Below, one piece after another: positions 36,541 through 49,899 of a stretch of 64,000 nt of DNA (its first letter is position 1; every line of letters begins with the position of its first letter). Origin of the DNA: Malacoraja senta (taxonomy: Eukaryota); the NCBI GenBank assembly GCA_038087875.1, contig CM075989.1, positions 14,198,001 through 14,262,000 on the forward strand, read 5' to 3'. Under the pieces are notes generated by a model. That model saw only the letters and a program-made list of their open reading frames with translations. It was not told the DNA's origin and did no database searches. The position numbers and the translations under genes are program-made.

Positions 36541-37410
36541 AAATTGGAAAATTATCATGGATTTATATTCATCATACCTGGCCTCCCCAGGTAACGATAG
36601 GATTCTGTTCCTGAGAACCTTTATAATCCCAAGCAGTTTGCAAATTGAAAATGTGGCACTAAACAACATATTTAAGTAAAAACATAGGCCACCCAAGGGC
36701 AAGTTGTAGTTAAACCAGGGCACTTAACAGAACCATTCAGATTTCCCATCAAGATATAATGATATTGCTGGAAACGGAGTTCCCGTGTGGCAGAAGATGT
36801 CGACAACCCCACAGCAAGTAGCAAATCCATCCCGTTGGTCTGTCAAATGCTCGTTTGTATATACGGGCTGATCATAAGTCAGGCGTTCATCAGCTGGGGA
36901 GGACCTATATCAGTAAAGAGTCAAAAATAGTGAAATGGATCAAATTCATTTTTAGCAAAAGGATCTGCTTTATTACATCAGCTGTGGCATTTGTTTGTGA
37001 GTAGGATTACACTTGCAACATTTCTTGGTTTATCTTATAAAAATTTCAATTTAAGCACCAGGTGACATTTCACGGAGTATGATCAGTGAAAATTTTCAAT
37101 TTCTGAATATTTTTACCTTTGTGTCCCAAAGGAAAATCCAAGAGGCGGTTGTGCTGTAAGCTGCTAAATTCCAATTGTAATATAGGGGATACAGTATATA
37201 ATGATCTCATCTTGTCACTGTTTAAGTTTCAACATGTGTATTGTCTGTTAATTTTCTGTTTTCTAAAGACTCTAATAAGCACATTGAATAAATAAGTTAT
37301 ATATATCACCATCTGGCATTGTACAATTAGTATTTCTAATTGACATTATCAGTGCTGACAACTTGACTTTGCAAGAATGAGAATCATATGTGGAAAACCC
37401 AACAATGTCA

Positions 37411-37702
37411 AAGCCCTGTCCCACGGTACGAGTTCATTCCAAGAGCTCTCCTGAGTTTAAAAAAAAATCAAACACGTGGTAAGCACGGAGAATGTACGTA
37501 GCGGGTACGTCGAAGCTCGGGGACGTCTCTTAGCGCTAACGGCAGGTACTCGGGAAGACTTGTGACGATATTTCAACATGATGGTAAATGTCCACGAGAG
37601 CCCCGAGTACCGACGAGTGGCCATTACCATAAATCTCCGAGTTCGAATCAGGGCAAACTCGGGAGAACTCTTGGAATGAACTCGTACCGTGGGACAGGGC
37701 TT
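37411..37702. mobile_element. PIF/Harbinger-type MITE
   Basis: 35-bp TIRs aagccctgtcccacggtacgagttcattccaagag / ctcttggaatgaactcgtaccgtgggacagggctt. Flanks TCA and TAA. Confidence 0.9.
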
Positions 37703-38054
37703 TAACTCCTTCCTACATGATCTAGTTTATTATCATCTCTACCACTCATGATACAACTTCCTGAAAATGTCAATAAAGGAATTTCCTCACAGCCAAAAAT
37801 AATTGTATTGTACTTCAGAATTTGCAACTTTGTTATAACTTGCAGCACCCAATGTCTGGCATTGAAGGACATGTACTTAACGCTCAATTCCTCAATGCAC
37901 AATTTTTATGACATAACCTTGTTGCAGAATCCATTAGACAATACTTAATTTACAACTGCTTTATAATTGCAAACCTTGCAAGACAGTAATTTGAGTGAGG
38001 TGTACAAATTGAATCATGGATAAAAAACTATCACTTGCACCAGAAATAAATGGT

Positions 38055-38157
38055 AAAAACAAGGAACTGCAGATGTAGGTTTGCAAGAAAAAAAAAGACA
38101 CAAACTGCTGGAGTAACTCAGCAGATCAAGCAGCATCCCTGGAGAACATGGAAGGAT
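38055..38157 (-). mobile_element. Short Penelope terminal insertion
   Basis: aaggaactgcagatg..gctggagtaactcagc. 10-bp TSD aataaatggt at 38045-38054 and 38158-38167. Confidence 0.8.
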
Positions 38158-38926
38158 AATAAATGGTGCCAGGACAGTCATTCTTTGGATGTTGTGTAGT
38201 GTTGAATGTTTGGGACTGAACTACCCTCATATTATAATATATAACATATATCATATATAAGATGTTTATTGGCAGGACACTGTAGTTCAGGCCATATTGT
38301 GAGCACTGTACATTTGATTACTGATGGCCTTAGTGTGTACTGATGGTAATGCACAGCATAGTCTCCAGATCTTATTAATGCACACATCCAACATGTAGTT
38401 TCTGGAGCCTTTCCCTCCCTTGTGTAAAGATCATTTCTGAATGATTTCAATGAATGCACGCTCTCAGACCGAGATGAGTGTACCGAGATACAGATTCAAC
38501 CCAGAGTTGTATGTCATGGTGACAAATATCGCACGGCTTTGTCATTAATAATGTGACAGAAAGTAACCAACTTCTAGATTTGTACGAAAACTTGGTTTAA
38601 ATGGTATATTGCAACATGTTTTCTTTTAAATATAAAAAATAATAATTATAATAGTCATTTCATGCCAATAGCAGTTATTTATGAAGGATATAATAGACGT
38701 ATATATTTTTTTCACCATTTTTATAATATTTGGAGCTGTTTTCCATCGGTTTAAGTTTGATTAATTTAGCCTCCATTCAAAAAGTTAATAAAACAGGTTC
38801 ATGATTCTGGTAACTGGAATATTTATTCATTCCATTTATTTTATATGAATGGACAAGCAAATTATATTAATTTAAAATATCTTATGTCTAATATATTATG
38901 TCCTCTTTTCCTTGGTTCTTTTTCAG

Positions 38927-38949
38927 ATAACAATTCTGTGGATCAACAG
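38927..38949 (+). CDS. UNC13C: UNC13C 23-nt microexon, (D)NNSVDQQ
   Basis: Polypyrimidine tract + tttcag|ATAACAATTCTGTGGATCAACAG|gttcta. Phase 1 in, phase 0 out. Peptide resembles mammalian DSSSVDEK as recalled. Confidence 0.88.
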
Positions 38950-39284
38950 GTTCTAACTTGATGTGTTTCATCTTCCATGAAATATCATTTGAATTTTGTT
39001 GCATTTTTATGTGGTTCTGTAGTAAAGATGTTCATTTCACATCCTACTGTGTCGCATGGAACCCACCTTTACAAATTCAATTTCTCTTGTCTCCATATGT
39101 TCAATATACGATGCATTTGTAAACAGGGCATTTATTGCTGAAATTAAGTTTTCACAAACATATACTTCATTATGTGTTTCATGTTAAAGCAACAGGAAAG
39201 GATGTGTAATTTCTCCTAAAAATTGCATATTCATTGTTTAGAACATAACCATGCTTATAGTTACTTATTTGTTCTTTATTAAAG

Positions 39285-39349
39285 GCTCATCTCACAAGCA
39301 AAGATGTTTTTGATGCATCTAACCTTTCCAATCTCAAGACTCCAGGAGG
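39285..39349 (+). CDS. UNC13C: UNC13C 65-nt exon, AHLTSKDVFDASNLSNLKTPG(G)
   Basis: ttattaaag|GCT...GGAGG|gtgagt. Phase 0 in, phase 2 out. Aligns to the recalled mammalian segment ARIVSGNDLDASKFSALQVCGG. Confidence 0.88.
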
Positions 39350-39659
39350 GTGAGTAGAAACTACACTCAATGTGTTTGTAACATTGATCTCACATAAGAA
39401 TTTTTGTTGTTGATTAACAAAAAGTTATTGTATCGACATCTTGAATCATTTACTTGGACAATACAATTATTAAACGCACAATAAATTACTGGTAAGATCA
39501 GACAACACTGATGGAGAGTGAATGCTAAATCTGTAAACGGAATTATATTGGAGGTGTTCTGGAAGTGGGAGTCGGCATCATGAAAAGGTTTCATGTAATT
39601 TAGTTCTATATTGGTGCAAGTTGTTTTCATATTTTAGTTATCCCAGCATGAAGCATCTT

Positions 39660-40670
39660 TGTACAGATTAGTTCAATTAAAAAACCTGGACATATGGTCT
39701 ACAATTCTACGGGCTGGTGAGCTTTAAATCAGTGGGAGAGAATCTGTTGGAGAAGATTCTGAGGGGCATTATTCATGTTCACTTGGAAAGATGGACTGAT
39801 GAGAAGTCAGTGAGGTTTTTTTGCAGGGGGAGATTATGCCTCACAAAACTGATTGTTTTTTGAGAAAATCCAGAAAGATAGACATGGTTTACATAGACTT
39901 CAGTAAAGCTTTTGACAAGATGGTTGGCTGGTCCTGCAGATTAAGACACAAGGGATCCAAAAATGGCTTGGTGATAGGAGGCAGAGGGTAGTGGAGTGTT
40001 TTTCTGACTGGAAGTCTATAGCAGGTCGTGATCAGTGCTGGGACCTTTGTTGTTTGTCATATATATAAATGCCCGAGAAGAGACTGTAGGTGGTCTGTTT
40101 TACAAGTTTGAAAAAGACTGGAAATTTGGTGGAGGGATGAATAGCATTGTCTAAAGATACTGTAGGACACAGAAAAGCTGAATATTGGGAAGAGTGGTGA
40201 TAGATGAAATTTAATCCTGACAAATCTGAGGTAATCTACTTTGAGAAGTTGAATTCTGTTAGGACGTATAGACTAAATGGCAGGAACCCGAAGAGCATAG
40301 ATGTACAATGAGAAGGTAGACAAAAGTGCTGGAGAAACTCAGCGGGTGCAGCAGCATCTATGGAGCGAAGGAAATGTGCAACGTTTCGGGCCGAAACACT
40401 TCTTCAGACTGATGTAGGGTGGGGAGGGCGGGGAGAAGAAAGAAGAAAGGAAGAGGAGGAGCCAGAGGGCTGAGGGAGAGCTGAGAAGCGGAGGAGACAG
40501 CAAGGGCTACTGGAAATTAGAGAAGTCAATGTTCATGCCGCTAGGGATGAGATCTTGGCGTGCACATTGATAACTGCCTGGAAATGAAAATGGAGACAGG
40601 TGGATGGGGGTAGTGAAGAAGGCATTTGGCATGCTTGTCTTCCTAGGCTAAACATTAAGGACATTGTCCT
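39660..40670 (+). mobile_element. Degraded CR1 RT fragment interrupted by a Penelope fragment
   Basis: gacttcagtaaagcttttgacaag (DFSKAFDK), gatcagtgctgggacct (SVLGP), atgaaatttaatcctgacaaa. Confidence 0.75.
40314..40546 (-). mobile_element. Penelope-like 3' fragment with hammerhead core
   Basis: Homologous to 62335-62585. 6-bp TSD atgaga at 40308-40313 and 40547-40552. Confidence 0.85.
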
Positions 40671-40699
40671 GAGCTCTTATTTTTGGGATTCGTATGGCC

Positions 40700-40940
40700 T
40701 TGGAACCATGTGGGATTCCTCCAAATGCTCTGGTTCCCTCTCACAGCCCAAAGACATGCAGGTTGGTACGTGAATTTGTCACTGAAAATTGCCTCCAGTG
40801 CACAGTTGAATGGTAGAATCTTGGGATGGTGAAAAGATTGTGGGGAGGAAAAATAGTGGAATTAATGTAAATAGGCACGACAATCTGTGTGGACTCGAGA
40901 GCTGAAGGGCCTGTTTCTGTACTATATCTCTCCATGACTC
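40700..40940 (+). mobile_element. V-SINE-like 3' part
   Basis: tgctctggttccctctcacagcccaaagacatgcagg ... gctgaagggcctgtttctgt. Confidence 0.65.
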
Positions 40941-42059
40941 GATCTGCTTCAACCCACTCTTACCTAATATACATTGGTTCCCTGACAATCTGACATTTAA
41001 ATGAATGGATCTTTCTTCTCCACACAAAGTTCCATCCTGATCTTCCCTGCTCCTAACCTCAGGTGAGTGCTCCCTTGAGTCCTCCCCAGGCTACAACTAA
41101 AGGTTAGCTGCAGGGATTTTCTGTGGACAATTTTCTGAGCCCAGCTCCAAGTGCAGAGTGATGATGGCACATTTTCAAATATTGGGTAATTTTTTTATGC
41201 ATCAGGGTGCACTGGAATTTCTAGGCATTAATATTTGAGTCCAACAATCTTTTGGCAGAGTGAACTTAGACCTAGAACTATTCTCTAGAAATAGATCATT
41301 TGGAGATTAATTATAAACCTTAAGTGGTGGAATGCATTTGTTCCTTGTAGGCTTTAGGCCAGTTGGACAGAACATTATAAGACTGTTTCATAAAGTGTAG
41401 ATATATTTTGTATATCATTTACAAAGATATAAATTAATTTGTTGATGACAACTTATGTTAATTTCAAAATAACAATATTGGTTTGAGTTTTCTCTTATTC
41501 AAAGCTTGTCAGTCTCAGAGTTATGATAATAGACTTTCAGGTCAGAAATGTCACCTGCAGGTGTGGTGCGGGGTTGAAAACGCCATTTCATATTGTGGCT
41601 GCCTTTGGAGAGATTCCTGCCTGCAGGTAATCTGACTGACAGCAGAAGCCATTTATCTGGGTATTTCATTAGACAGAAGCCTGCAAGCAGGTGGTTGCAT
41701 TGCAGAGGTGGCAGAAAGCATTGTTGGGGTAATGGAAGGTTAAAACACCTGATGTCCCGTTTCAGATTAAGGGCTGAATGATGCAATGGCTTTCCTGGTC
41801 AACTTTATCCAATGGGAAGGGTGACCAAGTGGTGGATGAAGGTTGTCCATATGGTGCTATCAGTCATGTGTACGTTTGATGGGCTGTCTGCTGCGCGTGA
41901 AGCATTTATCAGCATTAGGCCTGTATCCCTTTGCACACTTCCCAGTCAAGTATCAATCAAAGAGCCTATTTTTAAATTTAATTTTCGATTGTAATTTTTT
42001 TGCTTCTACCACCTTCAGGTAACCATCACATGTTTGAAAACCTTACCCCTCAGATCTCA

Positions 42060-42995
42060 CAGAACATAGAACAATACACTACAAGAAGAACAGATCCTTT
42101 GGCCCGCTATGTCTGTGCTAAACATGATAGTAAATTATACTCATCTCCACTACCTGCATATGATCCATGTCCTTCCATTCCCTGCATACTCATGTGCCTG
42201 TTTAAAAGCTTCTTTAACACCACTATCGTATCTGCTTCCAACATTACCTCGGGAAACCCTTCCCAGGCATCAACCATTCTCTGTGTAAAAAAACAACTTT
42301 CCTCACATGTCTTTAAATCTTCAAGGGGCTGTCCCACTGCGGCAACCTAATCTGCGAGTTCAGAAGAGTTTGCCCTCGACACATACTCGCAGCACGGTCG
42401 ACACAAGGTCCTAGGAGGTCTTTGTAACTCTCCTTCATGCTCGCGAGTAGTCCCCGCGTACTCGAGGCCTCAGGTAGGTCGCGGCATATTTTTCAACATG
42501 CTGAAAATGCCCGCGAGTAAATAAAGGTCGCCGTGGTAAAAATCTTTTTTTTTTTAACTCGTAGGTTTAGTCGAGGTAGGTCGTAATAGGTTGGCATGTT
42601 ATTCGTAGGTAATCGAGGGTAGTCAAAGGTAATCAAAGGTAGTCATAGATAGTCTTCAACATAGTCAAAGGGAGATCGAAGGAGGTCATCTTCACTATTT
42701 GGTGTCCAATTTTCCTGAAGCTAGTCGAAGCTAGTCTTCAACATAGTCGAAGGAGGTCTTCAACATGACACTTTTTCAAACTCTCCTAAACTCATCTAAA
42801 CTTGCCAATTAGGTTGCCGCAGTGGGACAGCCACTTCACTCTCTCACCTAAAAGCTATGCCACCCAGACATTTCCACTCTGAGAAATAGGTTCTAACTAT
42901 TTACCCTATCTCTGCCTCTCATAATTTTTAAAATTTCTATCAGGTCTCTCCTCAATTTCCAATTTTCCAGAGGAAACAATCCAAGTTTATCCAAT
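42060..42995 (-). mobile_element. CR1 3' fragment interrupted by a Harbinger MITE
   Basis: ORF 42107-42337(-) reads FFTQRMVDAWEGFPEVMLEADTI. The CR1 sequence resumes after 42838. Confidence 0.8.
42324..42835. mobile_element. PIF/Harbinger-type MITE
   Basis: TIRs aggggctgtcccactgcggcaacctaat / attaggttgccgcagtgggacagccact. TCA TSD on both sides. Internal agtcgaagg-type repeats. Confidence 0.9.
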
Positions 42996-44944
42996 GGCTG
43001 AGACTCTAGTTTTTTCCCGATATGTGAGTTTACTTGTCATTGGTATAACCATTAATTTAAATGGTTAGAAAATTAGACGTGGATACATCCAATCTGCTTG
43101 AATTTCCTCCATTCCAGCAACATCGGTAATTATGTAAATCTAAACACAAAAGAAAAATATATCTGACCCCAGATCTATGCTTCAATCATTAACAATCCAG
43201 GTCATTTTTCAAATTTACTGCTTATGTGAAGTTTCAGATTATTAACAGTCTCTCATATTTTTATTTGAGAAAAACCCTATGTACCTTGTAGATAAGCTCT
43301 CAGCATCACTTTGATTTATTCAACATTTCATCCTATAATATGTTCTTCTCTTCCTCAAATTTGAAATCACTTATCTTGTTTTTTACTTTGAACTTTCCAC
43401 TTCCCTGCTTCTTCCGATGCTATTGCATGCAGTCACTGCATTGTTTGGATGATTATTGCACTGATAAAAATCAATGTCCTGACCTGATTTGGACCATTTG
43501 CTTACCAGCTGGCGTGACACTGGTGAAACAGGTGAAGTCAGCAAGTGATTGGGTTCAGCCCAGAATAAGTAAAAATAAAACTACCTGGCTTAGACTAGTG
43601 TTGGAGAATTAAATGAGGAATACAAAGCCAGAACAAGGAATAGGAATTTTGCATCAAAATTTATATTTAAATACATTTTCAATATGTTCAACACAGCATC
43701 TGTTCAGTATTATCTGTGCTTGTGCAGATGAATAGATAACTCCTGAAAGATTTAAACTACTCATGAGTGGAGGCATAATTGATATTTTGATGAAGATCCT
43801 TGATTGTCCATTTTCTTCTATAAATGCCGCCTAACTCAGAGGTCCAATAGCAACTCTTGATTGTTTAACCCACGAGGGACATAATGATTTAATTCAAGCA
43901 GTAATGATTTTTATTAATGAATGCTTGAACGCAAGTTTTTTTTCCAGTAGTTTACATTGATAAGAGAACTGTGACAGTATTGCATTAGAGTGTAACCCCA
44001 ATCTGTAGGGAGCCTCACTGATCTGGTCCTGCGTTAAAAATTCAGGTGAATTGAATTGGTTTGGTTTGTCAATCTCTGTCAGACTTTGAATCTTTCTGTG
44101 TAAACAATGCAGGTAACAAGGGCACTGGCTGAAAGGTGTTCCTAGAACTGACAACTTGGGAGAACTGGATTAATGATGGCACAGGCAGAGTTACTAATTC
44201 AAGTAGTCTGGCATCAATAGTGAACTTCAACTACTCACAGCTTCAGGCTAATGAACCCAGCTAAAAAGATCTGTTTAATCATCCATAGATTAAACAACTA
44301 TTGTTATTGCTCTAAACAGTAAGATCTAATTCTGCTTTGGACAAAGGTGCAATGCAATGCAAAAATAACCTTCAACATTTTTACTATTCCATCCATAAAT
44401 TTCACAATTATTATTACACAAAGCTTCTGCATGTTCAGTGTCTAGCTGTCTTATGAAGAAATATGTTATCAATGTTATGTAATTGAATTTTAATATGCTC
44501 TGAGAGGTTGTGGGTTTGTAATGGTGCTGAGAGATACAAAATACAATTAATCCAAAGATACTATTGTGAAACATACTTATTAATGTTTTAAATTGAATGT
44601 CTTCATATAAACATTACATTCCGTTAATGATAAATATGGGAGATGAAAATGCTCTAGCTATTTTGAGTAATTTAGTGGTTTCTCTTTTATTTTAGGAAAA
44701 GTTATTGTTTTGTTTTTCTTTTTAGCCACGCTCTTTGCTCATAATTCAGATGTTCCTCAACCTTGCAGGTCTAAATTAATGCCATTTATTTTTAGATCAA
44801 CAGGAGTATTTTTGCTGCCTAGTGAAATATGTTAGGTTTCATTTTGCTAGGAGCATTCAGTTCCAGACCTTGTCACAGCCTTAGAAAAAGGACTAACTAC
44901 TAGTGGTGAGTTGAGGAGCCTTTCAACTATCTAGAGTTATTCAC

Positions 44945-45370
44945 CATAGAAGCAGGCACTGGAGTCCACTGTGCCCATGCTGACCGTCAAGCACTCATCA
45001 ACATAAATCCCATATATCAGCACTTGGTCTGTAGCCTTTGATGCATTTGCAACTCGTGCTTTCCCAGCTCAATTTGAAACATAATGAGATTACTAGCTTA
45101 CCCCACCTTCTCAAGCAGTATGTTCCAAATTAAAACCACCCTCTGGATGAAAAAACATCCATAGATCACCTTTAACGCTTTTACTCCTCACCTTAAACCA
45201 AGGCGTCTCTGGTTTTAGATGTCTCCAGTATCCTCATAATTTTATACACCTCTGTTAGGTTCCTCCCTCAAGGAAAACAGGCCTAGCCAATCTAGTCTCT
45301 CCTCGATGAATGAAATGTTCTCTCCAGATCACACTTGGCGAATCCTCTCTGCACTCTATCTGGTGCAATC
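44945..45370 (-). mobile_element. Old CR1 3' fragment
   Basis: accaccctctggatgaaaaaac..ctcaccttaaacc..cctcataattttatacacctct pattern. Confidence 0.7.
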
Positions 45371-45679
45371 CTCTTAGCTGCTTTGATAATATTTTACAAA
45401 TTTTGAGAAGTCCATGCAGTATGTGCCTTTAACAAGAAAGACTTAAAATTGAATTTTCTTCAGAGCATTTAGAAATAAATAATGAATCTTTTTGTTGAAT
45501 GAAATAGCATTGCTTTTCACTAAGCATCAGTACCTATAGAGATCAGAATGGTAGCAGATTCTGCACTGTGCAGAAATAGCTATGCTTATGTCTAGTAATA
45601 GTATAACTGGCCTGACATCACTTGGCTAGAAAGTGAACTAAGGTGAAAAAGGGCCAATGGAAGAATTGCAAAAGCTAAA

Positions 45680-46040
45680 CACTGCAGATGTTGCAAACCT
45701 GAAATAAATCCTGGGCAAGCTGGAAACACTCAGCAGGTAGGGCTGCATCTATGGGGATATGATCAGAGTTATCCTTTCAGGTTAATGACCTTCCATTAAG
45801 TCCTTTTCTGATGCCAAATCACTGATCTGTACCATTAACTCTGTTTTGCTCTCCACCGATGCTGCTTGACCTGCTGAAGGAATCAAGGGATATGGGGAAA
45901 AAGCCGGAACGGGGTACTGACTTTGGATGATCAGCCATGATCATATTGAATAGCGGTGCTGGCCCAAAGGGCCAAATGGCCTCTCCTGCACCTGTTTTCT
46001 ATGTTTCTATGTGTCTATGCTGAGTATTTGCTACAATTGC
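45680..46040. mobile_element. Old palindromic Penelope-type terminus with a nested CR1 3' tip (about 45877-46017)
   Basis: actcagcaggt..gcatctatgggg and ctctccaccgatgctgcttgacctgctga are inverted arms. The CR1 tail is flanked by tgctga repeats. Confidence 0.65.
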
Positions 46041-46912
46041 TGGGACTTGGTTATCTTCCTTAGGACGCAGGTGTCAGGGGAAGCTGACCGTCTGTTTGCG
46101 TGGAAGGCTCTGGCTGCCAGGGGATGAAACTGAACATTCAGCATGCATGAAACTACACCTTGGCCCAATACAGAATAATAGACAGAGCAAGAAAAGAGCA
46201 AACATATTTCTAGCTATACTCTAACAGTTCTGTTATCACATAACATTTTCTATTGAAATGAAATGGTACCAGAAAAGAATTTACGTTAACGTTAGCAGAT
46301 TTCCAAATGTGTGGTCCAAACTTTTCTCCAGAAAGGGACTTTGATTCGAGGTTCCTGTTGTGGTATTTGATGCTGATGGCGTTACAATGAGTACTCATCC
46401 TTTCAGTTATTTATATACAACATTTTAAAGTATCCACGTTAAGACCTATCCATCAAGGGGAGTGAAGCTGAATATTTTACTTGTACAATAATACCAGCGG
46501 CCAAGGTACAATATGTACCCTGTTTGCCAGATTTATACGGTAAATATTGTTCTCATTCCTGTCAAATGCATATTACCTGTAGGCACTCAGTGCTCAAAGT
46601 TAAATGAACAGAACATCGAATACAAAAATATTACCATATGTGACATTTGTTACAGATGACATGATTGAACTAGAGAGGCAGAGATCTGTCCCTTGGGTAC
46701 ATTATATTCTATAATCTTAAGATGTCACAGTGTGCTCTAGTGACTGCACTTACTTGGATGTTTGTTGATCGACTTCTGAGAAGTACAATATGCGATACCA
46801 AAAATTACTGTATTTTTAATAGATTTTGTTTCATGAGTTGTAACAAAACAGTTTAATTCACAGTTTTGTTTTCTGTAGCTGGAACATGTGTTGAAAGAAA
46901 GGGATACGTTTA

Positions 46913-47340
46913 GTTCGCACTAACCAACCTGATCTCCCGGTGGCTCAGCACTTCAACTCCCCGTCCCATTCCGAATCTGACCTTTCTGTCCTGGGCCTCC
47001 TCCATTGCCAGAGTGAGGCCCAGCGCAAATTGGAGGAACAGCACCTCATATTTCGCTTGGGTAGTTTACACCCCAGTGGTATGAACATTGACTTCTCTAA
47101 TTTCAGATAGTCCTTGCTTTCTCCCTCCTTCCCCTCCCCCTTCCCAGCTCTCTCACAGCCTACTGTCTCCGCCTCTTCCTTTCTTTTTCCTGCCCCCCCC
47201 CCGACACCAGTCTGAAGAAGGGTCTCGACACGAAACATCGCCTATTCCTTCTCTCCATAGATGCTGCCTCACACGCTGAGTTTCTCCAGCATTTTTGTCT
47301 ACCTTCGATTTTTCCAGCATGTGCAGTTCTTTCTTAAACA
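46913..47340 (+). mobile_element. Penelope-like 3' fragment with hammerhead core
   Basis: VAQHFNSPSHSESDLSVLGLLHC...LEEQHLIFRLGSLHP..MNIDF, then terminus. Near-TSD atacgttta / atacattta. Confidence 0.9.
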
Positions 47341-48104
47341 ATACATTTATAGGGCTACATTCACCTTCCTTACAGGGAATTTCAAAGGACTTTACAGCCA
47401 ATGTTTCATATAATACAATACACTGCTGTGATAGAGATTTAAACTCTACTGTGGGGCTGTTACTATATGGTATTGCATTTTGGAAGTGGAATAGAAATTT
47501 CAGCCATTACTATACAGCATTTTGTAGCCACTAACTGGATTAATTCAGTCTTAAAATGTAGGAAGAATGTAGAATGTGGTCAGGAAAGGACTTCTGTGGT
47601 CCACTGATATATTATGTTATTTCTGTATGGTGTAGTGTAACTGTATTCTACTGTAATCTACTTTATTCTAAACTACTCATTTTGCACAACTCCATGACTC
47701 CATAACAGGCTATTTCAAGCAGTAGTTCATTTGAGAACCTTCACCTGTTAGAATTCTTCCAGTTTAATTGGGTGAAATTAGATTTCAATGAAAGCTTTCT
47801 TCAATAGATTCTGCACCTCAGTATTAAAGTAAACCTTTAAAATTGAGTCAGTTATATTAGAAAGACTACAGTCAGCAGATGATAAAGAACTGATTTAAGT
47901 CAAGTTTTTAAGAAACTTCTGTGGGTAAGCATAAATAGGTGATGTTACAAAGGTTAGTTTTGAAACTGGCTGCTCTGCAACTGTTGAACAGGTGGTCTAA
48001 ACACAGATATTTTAAGTAGAAACTATTTGGTGATTTTAAGATGTCATTAACCTCACTAAAATCATTGCAGCGAACATCTAACAGGCACGTTATTCAGATG
48101 GGCT

Positions 48105-48960
48105 GGTGAATATGTGACTAGCTGCCAGCGAAGGTGGCAGAGGCAAATACAATTACAGTGGTTTAACTGCATTTGGACAAATACTTCAACAATATCATGG
48201 GACATCGGGGGAGAATTAGGCCATTCAGCCCATCGAGTTTGCTCTGCCATTCGATCATGGCTGATCTATTTTTTGCTATTAACCTCATTATCCTGCCTTA
48301 ACCCCATAACCTTTGACACCCTTACTAATCAAGAACTTATCAATCTCCGCTTTAAAAATACCCAATCACTTGCCCTCCACCGCAATGAATTCCACAGATT
48401 CACCACCATCTGGCTAAAGAAGTTTCATCTCATCTCTATTATAAAGATACTTCCTTTTATTCTGAGGTTATGCCCTCTAGTCCTAGATTATCCCTCTACT
48501 GGAAGCATGCTCTCCACATTCACTCTATCTAGGCTTTTCATTATTTGGTAGGTTCCAATGAAATCCGCCCTCATCCTTCTAAACTTCTTAGCGCGTACAG
48601 GCACAGAGCCATCAAATGCTCCTCATACGTTAACGATTTATCCCCGGGATAATTCTTGTAAACCTCCTTTGGACCCTCTTCAATGCCAGCACATCCTTCC
48701 TCAGATATGGGACCCAAACTGCTCACAATATTCCAAATGTGAGCTTGCCAGCTCTGTAAAAAGCCTCAGTATTACATATTTTCTTTTATTTTGTAGTCCT
48801 CTCAAAATGAATGCTTACATTTTGCATTTGCCTTGTTAGGAAAGGTGTAGAGAGAGAGAAGCTGAATATGATCAAATGGGATTAGCATAGTTAGATATCA
48901 CGGTTAGCATGGACAAGGTGGGCCAAAAGCCCATTTCTGTGCTGTATGATTCCATAACTC
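48105..48960. mobile_element. Nested CR1 fragments: - strand 48195-48830 inside a + strand 3' end
   Basis: gaattaggccattcagcccatcgag (- strand 3' UTR) ... ccaaactgctcacaatattccaaatgtg. The host resumes at about 48840. Confidence 0.75.
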
Positions 48961-49899
48961 AAGATGATCAGTAAGACTTTGTTATGTTGTGTAAGCATGG
49001 TTCTCCAAATCAAATTATGTCTCCAATTCAAATTATGGGTGGAAGCAGCAATTAAAAAGAAAATGGGGGAGCAGTTGTTCTCAGTTACTTTATGTGAATA
49101 TGAACTATAGCAAAAGCAACACTTTGTACCCTACTTTCATTGACGTTGTTCTATAAATGTGTCCAGAAAATAAGTTAATTTGGTTCAATTCAGCACCAAA
49201 GAGTTGTAATTTAGGAGAAGAATGTTTGTGTTGGTTTGCCAACCAAGATACTGATTTTACGCGTCTGACCAATAGGTTTGTAGGGATATAAATGTAGAGA
49301 AGTGCAAACAAATTGGTACTGGGGTGCAATTTTTCACTGGGCTACGGGAAAGCAAACAACATCAAGCTTGTTTAAATGTCATGCTGTTCTCAATGGCGAG
49401 ACTCTCACAAAATACTCAACCAAGAAATTACATGACATTAGGTATGCTATAATATTTCCCTAAAAATGATTATAAAGCAAAGTTAAAGGCTTACTGTGAG
49501 GTACATGAAGCCCAAGAATTCTCTTCCAGATACCCCTTGCATTTGATGTGTTATTGTGGAGAGGTGCATAGATATATACAGTGATATATGATAGGAATGC
49601 AATGCATGACTTGGCAGGTCCTGTGTGATTTTTATCCAAGGTTCTGAGCAGTACGGGCCAATTATGTAGGAGTAAACCTGTCATATTAATATTTAAACAC
49701 CAACTTCAAGTGGGTTCTCTTTAAATAACTTACTTGTCCCACATGGAAGTGATCTCTCAAGACCCGTAACCCTGGCCAGGTGGAAACTCATTACCCTCAC
49801 CCCACTCCCTTGAGACTCTGAAACCACTCATTAATCTAAAACCTGTTCTTTCCCACCAACAACCTTTCACCTCCTCCAGGATTATAGGTGCGACTAAGG

